A stretch of 46,963 bases of DNA. It comes from a virus. Of the stretch, positions 25,186 through 32,119 are shown in pieces; position 1 is the stretch's first letter, and every line of letters begins with the position of its first letter. Position numbers and translations under genes: made by a program. Location of the stretch: IMG/VR virus record IMGVR_UViG_3300000944_000002, positions 1-46,963 of that record. One strand, written 5' to 3'. Below the pieces are notes generated by a model that worked only from the letters and a program-made list of their open reading frames with translations, was not told the origin of the DNA and did no database searches.

Positions 25186-25214
25186 GGGTGAACCGCACCA
25201 CACAGTTCACCCCT
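25186..25214 (-). terminator. intrinsic terminator between convergent operons (best on the minus strand; may act bidirectionally)
   Basis: A 9-bp stem (ggggtgaac / gttcacccc) with an 11-nt loop. The minus strand continues with TTTTT (complement of 25181..25185). It lies 15 nt after the plus-strand stop and 97 nt after the minus-strand stop. Confidence 0.7.
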
Positions 25215-25310
25215 CATCAAGCAAGCGCCACGCGCTAAGCCACCAACATCACCCGCCGCAATGCAGCGAGCCGTGCCCATTATCACACACTTTCTCTAGT
25301 GTTGAAACCC

Positions 25311-25496
25311 CTATAATTCAACTAGCTTTTCAATAGCCTTTTGTAACGCTGTGGCACGTTCATTGGCCAACCTCACAGCCACCGCCCGGTTTGCGCGCTC
25401 ATCAGCCAAGCCTGCAATCATGGCCCGGCGCGCACGCCTGTGCAGTTCCCTCTTGTGTGACGGTGCAGTTGTGTTTTGGCTGGTGGTCTTAGTCAT
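25311..25496 (-). CDS. small basic helical protein
   Basis: 61-aa ORF, Arg/Ala-rich (HKRELHRRARRAMIAGLADERANRAVAVRLANERATALQ). Confidence 0.5.
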   Translation of the reverse strand: MTKTTSQNTTAPSHKRELHRRARRAMIAGLADERANRAVAVRLANERATALQKAIEKLVEL

Positions 25497-25567
25497 GTGG
25501 TGTTTTCCTTTTGCTTGTTATTGTTAACGGCTCCACGGTGTTCATCTTGAGGGGCCAGTTCACATTT

Positions 25568-26008
25568 TTATGCGTCTTTACCCCTAGCGTTTCCACTCAT
25601 AGCGTGTCTGATTTTACCTAACAACGTTTGAGCCGCCGTGCGGGTGTCTTCACGCCAACCAGTATCTTGTAACACGTGGCGCAATGCGCTGCGCAATGCA
25701 ATACGTTCTTCTGTAGTCATGCTGACATTGACCTCATATTCGTTTTCTATGTGGTGGCCCCCTTTGTTCTGCAATTGAGGTGTTGGGTATGTTTTGACGC
25801 CTAGCTCTTCAGTGGCTCCAACGTGCGCCGCCATGTAATTTTTGCGTAAGTCACGGAACAGTGTGTCAAGCTCATCTAATAACCCAGCAAGGCGGTCACC
25901 TTGCTCATATAGATCAAGGTGGCTTTTGAGTTCATTGAATTTATTGTTGGTCTTGATGCGTGCGGTGTCAATGTCATTGAGGCTGTTGAAGTGTTGTAAG
26001 TTTTTCAT
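25568..26008 (-). CDS. hypothetical protein
   Basis: 146-aa ORF with an AAGGA Shine-Dalgarno 9 nt upstream of the ATG at 26008. It follows a terminator and a possible promoter. Confidence 0.6.
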   Translation of the reverse strand: MKNLQHFNSLNDIDTARIKTNNKFNELKSHLDLYEQGDRLAGLLDELDTLFRDLRKNYMAAHVGATEELGVKTYPTPQLQNKGGHHIENEYEVNVSMTTEERIALRSALRHVLQDTGWREDTRTAAQTLLGKIRHAMSGNARGKDA

Positions 26009-26091
26009 GTGGTGTGTTCCTTTTGGAATGTTGTTGCTCTTATATATGTTATCGGTCTCGCAGCGTTAAACTTAAATTTTATAACGAAAAA

Positions 26092-26110
26092 AGCCCACCA
26101 AGTGTGGGCT
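26092..26110 (-). terminator. intrinsic terminator inside the leftward accessory block
   Basis: On the minus strand: agcccac-acttg-gtgggct followed by TTTTT. It lies 24 nt after the stop of 26134..26340. Confidence 0.7.
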
Positions 26111-26133
26111 TTGTGACGTGGTTAATACTGAAA

Positions 26134-26340
26134 TCAATAGTTGTTTTGTGTGAACATTTCAACCGGGTCAGGTTCATACTGCACCCACACCTGAAGTGAG
26201 CACCTATTCTTTTCGCTGTACCAAGGCTGACCCCACGGCTGCCAATTGTCTGCAATCAATTCGTCAATCTCATCCAACGTATAGTCAGGGCTTGGTACGT
26301 TTTGTATTTTGTACTTCACAACGCGTTTGTCAGGTCTCAT
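26134..26340 (-). CDS. small hypothetical protein (DUF1737-like pattern)
   Basis: 68 aa. KYKIQNV...LDEIDELIADNWQPWGQP resembles the short Y.i...l...vn.li..GW.P.G domain. Weak. Confidence 0.5.
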   Translation of the reverse strand: MRPDKRVVKYKIQNVPSPDYTLDEIDELIADNWQPWGQPWYSEKNRCSLQVWVQYEPDPVEMFTQNNY

Positions 26341-26352
26341 GGTTTGTCGTCC

Positions 26353-26619
26353 TCATTCAGATTGATTATCAGGGTGCAATCGGTGATGAATTGGAATGTG
26401 TTTCGCACCGCCATCAATTGCACCAATGAAATTGTGAGTGAATGCCTTTTGCGTCATGGTTCCCCCATTCAATAAGTGAATGGCATACGCGGCCCCTATC
26501 CCATCATCAAACTTTAAGTCATGGTGTATGGGTTGCAAGAGAACATCACCTGTTGCATCAACAACAAGTTCAGCAAGACTAACTTCACCCGCCACGTCTT
26601 CGGTCATTACATAGCTCAT
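26353..26619 (-). CDS. hypothetical protein
   Basis: 88-aa ORF, tightly packed with its neighbours. Confidence 0.5.
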   Translation of the reverse strand: MSYVMTEDVAGEVSLAELVVDATGDVLLQPIHHDLKFDDGIGAAYAIHLLNGGTMTQKAFTHNFIGAIDGGAKHIPIHHRLHPDNQSE

Positions 26620-26621
26620 GG

Positions 26622-26897
26622 TCAGCCACCCTCTTTGAGTTGAATCATAGCTGCAAGATTCAAGTTGACTGCCTGCCGTATCTGTTCAATCTGTGTGCGG
26701 TACTCGTTAAATTGTTCACGCAAATTGTCAATGGACGTTGAACACTCTTCACACTTAGCTTCAAGCTTCTTCTTGCTTATCAACAGTTGTGCGTTTTCCG
26801 TTTCAAGTTCTTCAAACGTTTTTTGTGTTTGCCTGTTATTCGTCAACATCAGTGGCGGTCTCTTGCTCAAAGAACTTGGCGTCAATCTGTTGCTCAT
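26622..26897 (-). CDS. small coiled-coil protein
   Basis: 91-aa ORF. The start is uncertain (an internal ATG at 26849 reduces the overlap with the upstream gene). Heptad-like ELETENAQLLISKKKLEAKCEE... Confidence 0.5.
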   Translation of the reverse strand: MSNRLTPSSLSKRPPLMLTNNRQTQKTFEELETENAQLLISKKKLEAKCEECSTSIDNLREQFNEYRTQIEQIRQAVNLNLAAMIQLKEGG

Positions 26898-27294
26898 CAG
26901 ACATTAAATTGTTGACCCACGTTTCAACGTCTTTTTCATCTTGGTGTGGGTGGTTTTTAAATAGCTTATACGCATGTTCAGCTAACACAAAACGAATCGG
27001 CCTGAACTCACCCACAGCGATACCCTGAACAATTTGGAAACAGTGTCGCCGGGCGTGCTTGCCTTTGTTTGCTTCTGCCACCGCTTCACGTTTGTGTTCA
27101 GCCACACTCACACCGCGTATGGTGCAAATGTACAACAGTGATTCACGGTCATATACGTCCCACTCTTTGAGTGCGCCCTTGACTTTGTTGAATTGAAACT
27201 TGTGTCTTTTGAAGGGCCGTCTTTCTGTTTCACTTCTCAAGGCGGGTTTGATCTTGTGTACCTTTTGAGGTGCGGTGCTTTGCTTGTCAGTCAT
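26836..27294 (-). CDS. hypothetical protein (152 aa)
   Basis: ATG at 27294 (MTDKQSTAPQKVHK...). I trimmed the track ORF (27387) because the extension would consume the divergent intergenic region. Confidence 0.55.
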   Translation of the reverse strand: MTDKQSTAPQKVHKIKPALRSETERRPFKRHKFQFNKVKGALKEWDVYDRESLLYICTIRGVSVAEHKREAVAEANKGKHARRHCFQIVQGIAVGEFRPIRFVLAEHAYKLFKNHPHQDEKDVETWVNNLMSDEQQIDAKFFEQETATDVDE

Positions 27295-27401
27295 GTTGGT
27301 TGCTTCTTTTTGCGGGCGCGCACTTGGCGCTTGGAATTGTAGTGTACGGCAACGGCGCGGTGTTAAACTGTGGCGCACTACTAACAAACAAAGGGCTTTT
27401 T

Positions 27402-27737
27402 GTGAAACTTAGGGCACCTGATAGTTACTACCAAGCAACCCCTGATGAAATGCGTGAAGTGGTCAACGGTTGTGGGCCAGAATCTTGGAAGTTCAAGCTT
27501 GACAAGACACTAGGGGTGAACTTGTTTGAAGCCTGTGCAATACACGATTGGCGCTATGAACTAGGTGGCAACAAACATGATCGCAAGAAGGCTGACCAAG
27601 AGTTCATTTTGAATTGCGTTGTGATTGCAATGCTGCAATCAGTGCCACACTTGTTGTGGCGTATGCCCCTGATCCTGTTGGCCTATGCGTTTGTCAGAGT
27701 GGGTGGGCGCAAAAACTTCAAGTGGGCTGACCGATGA
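27402..27737 (+). CDS. phospholipase A2-signature protein (prokaryotic/fungal sPLA2-like; alternatively DUF1353-like)
   Basis: VVNGCGPESWKFKLDKTLGVNLFEACAIHDWRYELGGNKHDRKKADQEF matches C..P[DE]...F..AC..HD..Y...D..F. A hydrophobic C-terminal segment (LLWRMPLILLAYAFV) follows. The start is uncertain: GTG 27402 has an AAGGG box 6 nt upstream, while the track ORF starts at GTG 27270 and would add a hydrophobic N-terminus. Confidence 0.5.
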   Translation: MKLRAPDSYYQATPDEMREVVNGCGPESWKFKLDKTLGVNLFEACAIHDWRYELGGNKHDRKKADQEFILNCVVIAMLQSVPHLLWRMPLILLAYAFVRVGGRKNFKWADR

Positions 27738-28041
27738 CTTGAGCGTATTTCATGCGCTCCACTTCAGTCATGGGCTTGTCAGCGTCAGGATGCTGTTCAC
27801 AGGCACGAAAGGAACCAGGGTCGTGTGGGAAGGGGTAAGCACCACAACGGCACAGCTTGTCACTACGGGCGGCCAACTCACGTTGTCTTTGTGCTTCTGT
27901 GTTCATCACGTTAGGACTACCACAGAACGGACACACCACCGTCTTTTCGTATTCATGCGCACCGGGTTGGGTGTGCACAAATCGACGCCCGCAACCTTTG
28001 CGTGGGCTTTGGCTGCAACGGTAGCGTGTCCGGGTCTTCAA
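27718..28041 (-). CDS. zinc-ribbon protein (paralog of 20613..20843)
   Basis: 107 aa. Motifs RYRCSQS..GCGRRF ... CPFCGSPNVMNTEAQRQRE ... CRCGAYPFPHDPGS..C. Confidence 0.65.
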   Translation of the reverse strand: MKTRTRYRCSQSPRKGCGRRFVHTQPGAHEYEKTVVCPFCGSPNVMNTEAQRQRELAARSDKLCRCGAYPFPHDPGSFRACEQHPDADKPMTEVERMKYAQVIGQPT

Positions 28042-28044
28042 GGT

Positions 28045-28941
28045 CTACAGCTCAGACAAATCGACTAAACACTGTTGTAAATCATCTTCAGCCGCCATGA
28101 GGTCAGCTAACGCTTGTGCAAGCTCAGCTTCAAGCGCTTCAGTCTGGTTTTCCAGTGAGATTAAGGATGATGACAAGGTGCTCAACTGAGCCTCAAGGCC
28201 GCTGTTTTCGTTGACCAGTATGTCGTTCTCAGCTTGTATGGCTGCACAGTCAACACCGGGCGGTGGGTCAGCTACCACTTCACCAAACACGGCCAGTGGT
28301 GAGCGTGGGCCAATGGTACCGTCTGCAAAGATAGCGGTGACATAATACTCAGACCCGTCAACGTGGTTCTCAATGTCATAGGCGGGTGTGCCGTTGCTAA
28401 TGGTGAACTCATACAAGTCATTACGGTACACGTTCCAACGTACCGACCCATCAGGCGGTGTCCACGTCATGCGCAAAATATCGTCCACAGCGGTCAGGGT
28501 GACGTTTGAGGCGGCTAAATTGCCTGAAGAGGCACTGACTGCCGGGCACTCGATTGGGTCGCCTGTGGGCACCATGTTGGCCCCTGACGCGAAAGCGTTG
28601 AACACAATGGTGACTTGATCCGTGAGAACCCCACAAAATTCATCAGAATCACACGCCAACACGCTGTATTGGTGCCGGGAACCGTCAGCAACGCCGCTGT
28701 CTGTATAGCTCAGACCGTCAATGCGGTTGGCTATCTCATTCCCGTTGCGGTATACCCGGTAAGTTGCAGCGTTGGCACTGGCACTTGCAGGCCAAGAGAT
28801 AGCAACCGAAGAGCCGCTTGCAGGCACCGCGTTGATTGAGTCAGGCGGTAACGGTGGGGAACTTCCAGATTGGGCAAAAGTTAGGGTGGCAACTAGTGAT
28901 AAGGCTAGTGCGGCGGTGTGTACAAATGTCAGCTTTTTCAT
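28045..28941 (-). CDS. Sec-secreted protein with two FN3-like domains and a C-terminal coiled coil
   Basis: Signal peptide MKKLTFVHTAALALSLVATLTFA/QS. FN3-like strings are YRVYRNGNEIANRIDGLSYTDSGVADGSRHQYSVLACD and WNVYRNDLYEF...DGSEYYVTAIFADG. The C-terminus is heptad-like (LEAQLSTLSSSLISLENQTEALEAELAQALADLMAAEDDL). Confidence 0.7.
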   Translation of the reverse strand: MKKLTFVHTAALALSLVATLTFAQSGSSPPLPPDSINAVPASGSSVAISWPASASANAATYRVYRNGNEIANRIDGLSYTDSGVADGSRHQYSVLACDSDEFCGVLTDQVTIVFNAFASGANMVPTGDPIECPAVSASSGNLAASNVTLTAVDDILRMTWTPPDGSVRWNVYRNDLYEFTISNGTPAYDIENHVDGSEYYVTAIFADGTIGPRSPLAVFGEVVADPPPGVDCAAIQAENDILVNENSGLEAQLSTLSSSLISLENQTEALEAELAQALADLMAAEDDLQQCLVDLSEL

Positions 28942-28959
28942 GCTTGATTTTCCTGTTGG

Positions 28960-29382
28960 TTAAATTGTTGACACATCTGTGTCTTCAGTGGTGCCTGACA
29001 CCACGTTGCGAAGTTTATACCAATCGGGTTTTGAGTATAAGCCACCCGATAAAGCCTTATACGCGGCAAGTGACTGGTTCAGTTCTTCAGGCGTTGCATG
29101 TGCCCGGTGGTGGTCTGACCCCTTCTTGCAGTCAGGGCACGTGGTTTTGCGTGCACCTATGGGCACACAGAAGCGGCTAATGGCTTCAAACACGCGTTGG
29201 TCAATTTCATGTTGGTCAAGATTTTCCTTTGTTTGCAAAACCTTTCCGGGCGCATCAAAGATGCCATACGAATTACCGCACAAGAGACAGTGCAACTCGG
29301 CCTTTGAAAAGACCATTGTAGACACACAAGCACGTTTACAGCACGCGGCCATGTGCTTGGTCTCGCTATCATGTTCAGACAT
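28960..29382 (-). CDS. Cys/His-rich hypothetical protein (possible zinc binding)
   Basis: ATG at 29382 with a GGTGA box upstream (the track start at 29391 is GTG). Motifs AACCKRAC, HCLLCGNSYG and CPDCKKGSDHHRAH. Confidence 0.55.
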   Translation of the reverse strand: MSEHDSETKHMAACCKRACVSTMVFSKAELHCLLCGNSYGIFDAPGKVLQTKENLDQHEIDQRVFEAISRFCVPIGARKTTCPDCKKGSDHHRAHATPEELNQSLAAYKALSGGLYSKPDWYKLRNVVSGTTEDTDVSTI

Positions 29383-29653
29383 TGCTTTCACCTATATAGT
29401 TGGTAAGCTTTTTCAGTTTGAAATTCACATCATGCACGCCTGTGTGCTCAGCCACGCGGTTCAATTGAGCAAGGCAACTATCAACAGTGGGCGCACCAGT
29501 TAGGCAACAGATAACCTTGCCATTACGCCAAGCGGCTTGTACGCACAAGGTGTGCTTGATGTGTACATGGAACGACACAGCCCCACTGTGGCCAACAGCA
29601 ATACCGGGCACAGTGGGGGTGGTGTTTACACCAAAGGCAACGTCAAGGTTCAC
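29375..29653 (-). CDS. hypothetical protein
   Basis: 92-aa ORF. GTG start forming a GTGA overlap with the GH16 stop. Confidence 0.45.
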   Translation of the reverse strand: MNLDVAFGVNTTPTVPGIAVGHSGAVSFHVHIKHTLCVQAAWRNGKVICCLTGAPTVDSCLAQLNRVAEHTGVHDVNFKLKKLTNYIGESNV

Positions 29654-31032
29654 TTGAGGGCTTTGATTTCATCGCGCAAGCGTTTGACTTCATTTTCAAG
29701 TGTGGTGATTTTATCAACGCTGTTGACGTAATCCCAAAGCATGTCAACGATGCCACCCCATGCGGTTTGAACGTTTTCCTTGTTCATCACCAACTCGGGT
29801 GAGTCAAGCACGGGTTGTGTCTTTTTACCCGTCAGGTAATGCCGCATGATTTCACGCTTGTGTTCTTCATTGTGGCGTATGAACCAGCCGTGTTTCATGA
29901 GGTTTTCAGCCATGCGTGCATGGTGCTTTGCAGACTCCTTGAGATTTGAACCAGCTTCAGGTTCGTTAGCAATCAAAGCTTCAGCACGGTCACGCACATC
30001 TTGAGGCACGGGTGAGCTATCCGCTTTACCAGCCTGTGTGGGCCTTTGTGTTGCGTTCTCAATGAAGTCGCTAACGTTACCCGCCGCTTGTGCTTTTTCG
30101 CGTTCACCAGGTGCAGCAAACGCAACATCACTGCCAACTTCTAATGTTTGTACAGGTGTGCTTGTTTCATCACGTGGCATCTCATCATTGTATGACGGTA
30201 TGACTTCACCTTCAATGACGTTGCATGACTCAGGCGGTACACCTTCATTCATGAACAGCCAATCATCTGAAATTATTTCAACATGATGGATTTCATAGTT
30301 GACCCCATTGACGTAATCCTTTGGGTTAGGCTTTGCAGGCCACCCGCCACCAATTGCAAGATTCATCAGAAAGTGAAAGTGGTTGTGCATGTCAGCCGGT
30401 GTGTTCCGGTGATCAGTTATAGCCCCATTGCACTTGAACGTCATAGTGCTTGGTGACCAAAACAATTCAAAGGTCATAAGCTTTGACAGTTCATCCACTG
30501 TGACGCGTTTGATACCCTTGCCTAGTTCCTTTTTGGAACTGACCATTGTGTTCTGCTGTGACTCTTTGAAACCGTTGTAATGGTGCAGGCTGTTGTATAT
30601 GTTTCCGTCAGCAATAAATTCCATGATGTCAACTTCGGGCAACATGGGTATGCCTTTCGGCCACTGTGAATGTTCGCTTAACAGCCACAACGCTGGCCAC
30701 ACACCCTTGACATTTGGAAGACGTACAACGCATTTCACATACCCATACTTGAATGCAAGTTTGCGGTGTGTTGTAACTAACCCGGACGTGTAAGGCTGGC
30801 CGTAACGGTTAACAAGCTTTTGGTCAGCGGTGCGGCCAACTATGATGCCGCCGTTGGGTTTGTCCTTAATGGGTAAGAACGTTTTGCGCCACGCGCTTGG
30901 GTCTTCAACCATATCCATGTACATCTGTTCTTCTTCATTGATTATGGTTTTTCGGTCCCATATGAACCTATGGTTGAATGTATCGGTTGCCATTGGATTG
31001 GCAACACTTGGCAATATAATTTTTGTGCTCAT
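29650..31032 (-). CDS. glycoside hydrolase family 16 (laminarinase/beta-glucanase-like) with ~190-aa C-terminal extension
   Basis: WPALWLL followed by the catalytic E-V-D-I-M-E at codons 133-138 (nt 30619..30636), i.e. the GH16 ExDxxE motif. No signal peptide. The C-terminus ends in the coiled coil KITTLENEVKRLRDEIKALK. Confidence 0.75.
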   Translation of the reverse strand: MSTKIILPSVANPMATDTFNHRFIWDRKTIINEEEQMYMDMVEDPSAWRKTFLPIKDKPNGGIIVGRTADQKLVNRYGQPYTSGLVTTHRKLAFKYGYVKCVVRLPNVKGVWPALWLLSEHSQWPKGIPMLPEVDIMEFIADGNIYNSLHHYNGFKESQQNTMVSSKKELGKGIKRVTVDELSKLMTFELFWSPSTMTFKCNGAITDHRNTPADMHNHFHFLMNLAIGGGWPAKPNPKDYVNGVNYEIHHVEIISDDWLFMNEGVPPESCNVIEGEVIPSYNDEMPRDETSTPVQTLEVGSDVAFAAPGEREKAQAAGNVSDFIENATQRPTQAGKADSSPVPQDVRDRAEALIANEPEAGSNLKESAKHHARMAENLMKHGWFIRHNEEHKREIMRHYLTGKKTQPVLDSPELVMNKENVQTAWGGIVDMLWDYVNSVDKITTLENEVKRLRDEIKALK

Positions 31033-31493
31033 GTTTCCGGGCCTTCCCTTTTCAGTTTAATGGTTTCATAATAATTCAACACCTGTGCGTATGTGTTGCA
31101 CGTGTTGACTACTTTGTTGAGTTCAAGCACAACGCCTTTTGTGAACTGGAACTTGTACTCACCTTTGAACGGGTGTGCCGTTGTCATCACGCTTTCAGCC
31201 ATGAAGCAATACATGCAACCAATATACCAGCCACCAAAGCGGTACTTGTTATCACCAATTGACCGCTTGGCCTCTTGTATGAAAGATTGTGCAAATACGT
31301 CACGCTCTTTTGATGTCATCGCAACCAGTTTGTCAAGCCACACCTTTGTTGCTTCAATTGCTGACTTTTCAATGTCTGACATAAGAACTGAAAAACCCGC
31401 GCTTTTGGCGCGGGCAAATATGTCAGCCTCATTGAACTCACCGGGCACCGCTGTATCAGCGGCACCCGTCATTATTGTTGAGTCATCTGTCAT
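31029..31493 (-). CDS. hypothetical protein
   Basis: 154-aa ORF with ATGA overlaps at both ends. Confidence 0.6.
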   Translation of the reverse strand: MTDDSTIMTGAADTAVPGEFNEADIFARAKSAGFSVLMSDIEKSAIEATKVWLDKLVAMTSKERDVFAQSFIQEAKRSIGDNKYRFGGWYIGCMYCFMAESVMTTAHPFKGEYKFQFTKGVVLELNKVVNTCNTYAQVLNYYETIKLKREGPET

Positions 31494-32119
31494 TTTTTCT
31501 TTTTACCTTTGCCTTTGTCTTTGGCCTTGGCTTTGTCTTTGCCTTTGTCTTTTTTCTTAGACTTGCCGCCGCCATAGTCATCATACAACTCATTGGCTTT
31601 TTCACGACTAATGCCGCCGCTACCGCCAAGACTCAAACGGTCACCATCTTCAATTTTTAGAAGTGATTCAAGCCCGATGCCAACGCCCCGGTTGCCCGCG
31701 TTGTCGTATGTGTAGATACTCACAACCGCTTGGAACACGGCACCGGTATATAAGAACTTATTGGAACCAAACACACCAGGCTTGCGTTTCTTTTTGCCAG
31801 TGTCGTCAAGACAATCAGGCAAGTATCCACTTTTCAAATTTGCATACGTTGCACCCTTGAATATTTTGGTGTCAGGCTTGTCTTTTTTGTAGCTGTCATC
31901 ACCATCATGCAAGGGTGATGCGTGCTTCTTACTGAACTTCTTGACACCAAACTCATCCTTTAGTGCCTTGTTCACAGCTTTTTCAAGATCACTTAAGTCA
32001 ACGTTTTTGTCAAAGATAGCTTTGACCGCGTACTTGGTATGATCTTCATTATCGTTGTCTTTGTCTTCAACGTACCCAACCGTGAAAGGTGGAGTTACGA
32101 TTTGTTTGTCTTCTGCCAT
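31490..32119 (-). CDS. ssDNA-binding protein-like (DUF2815-like) with poly-lysine C-terminal tail
   Basis: 209-aa ORF directly downstream of the DUF2800-like nuclease, which is the conserved gene pair. It has a beta-rich OB-like core and a tail GGGKSKKKDKGKDKAKAKDKGKGKKKK. Confidence 0.6.
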   Translation of the reverse strand: MAEDKQIVTPPFTVGYVEDKDNDNEDHTKYAVKAIFDKNVDLSDLEKAVNKALKDEFGVKKFSKKHASPLHDGDDSYKKDKPDTKIFKGATYANLKSGYLPDCLDDTGKKKRKPGVFGSNKFLYTGAVFQAVVSIYTYDNAGNRGVGIGLESLLKIEDGDRLSLGGSGGISREKANELYDDYGGGKSKKKDKGKDKAKAKDKGKGKKKK

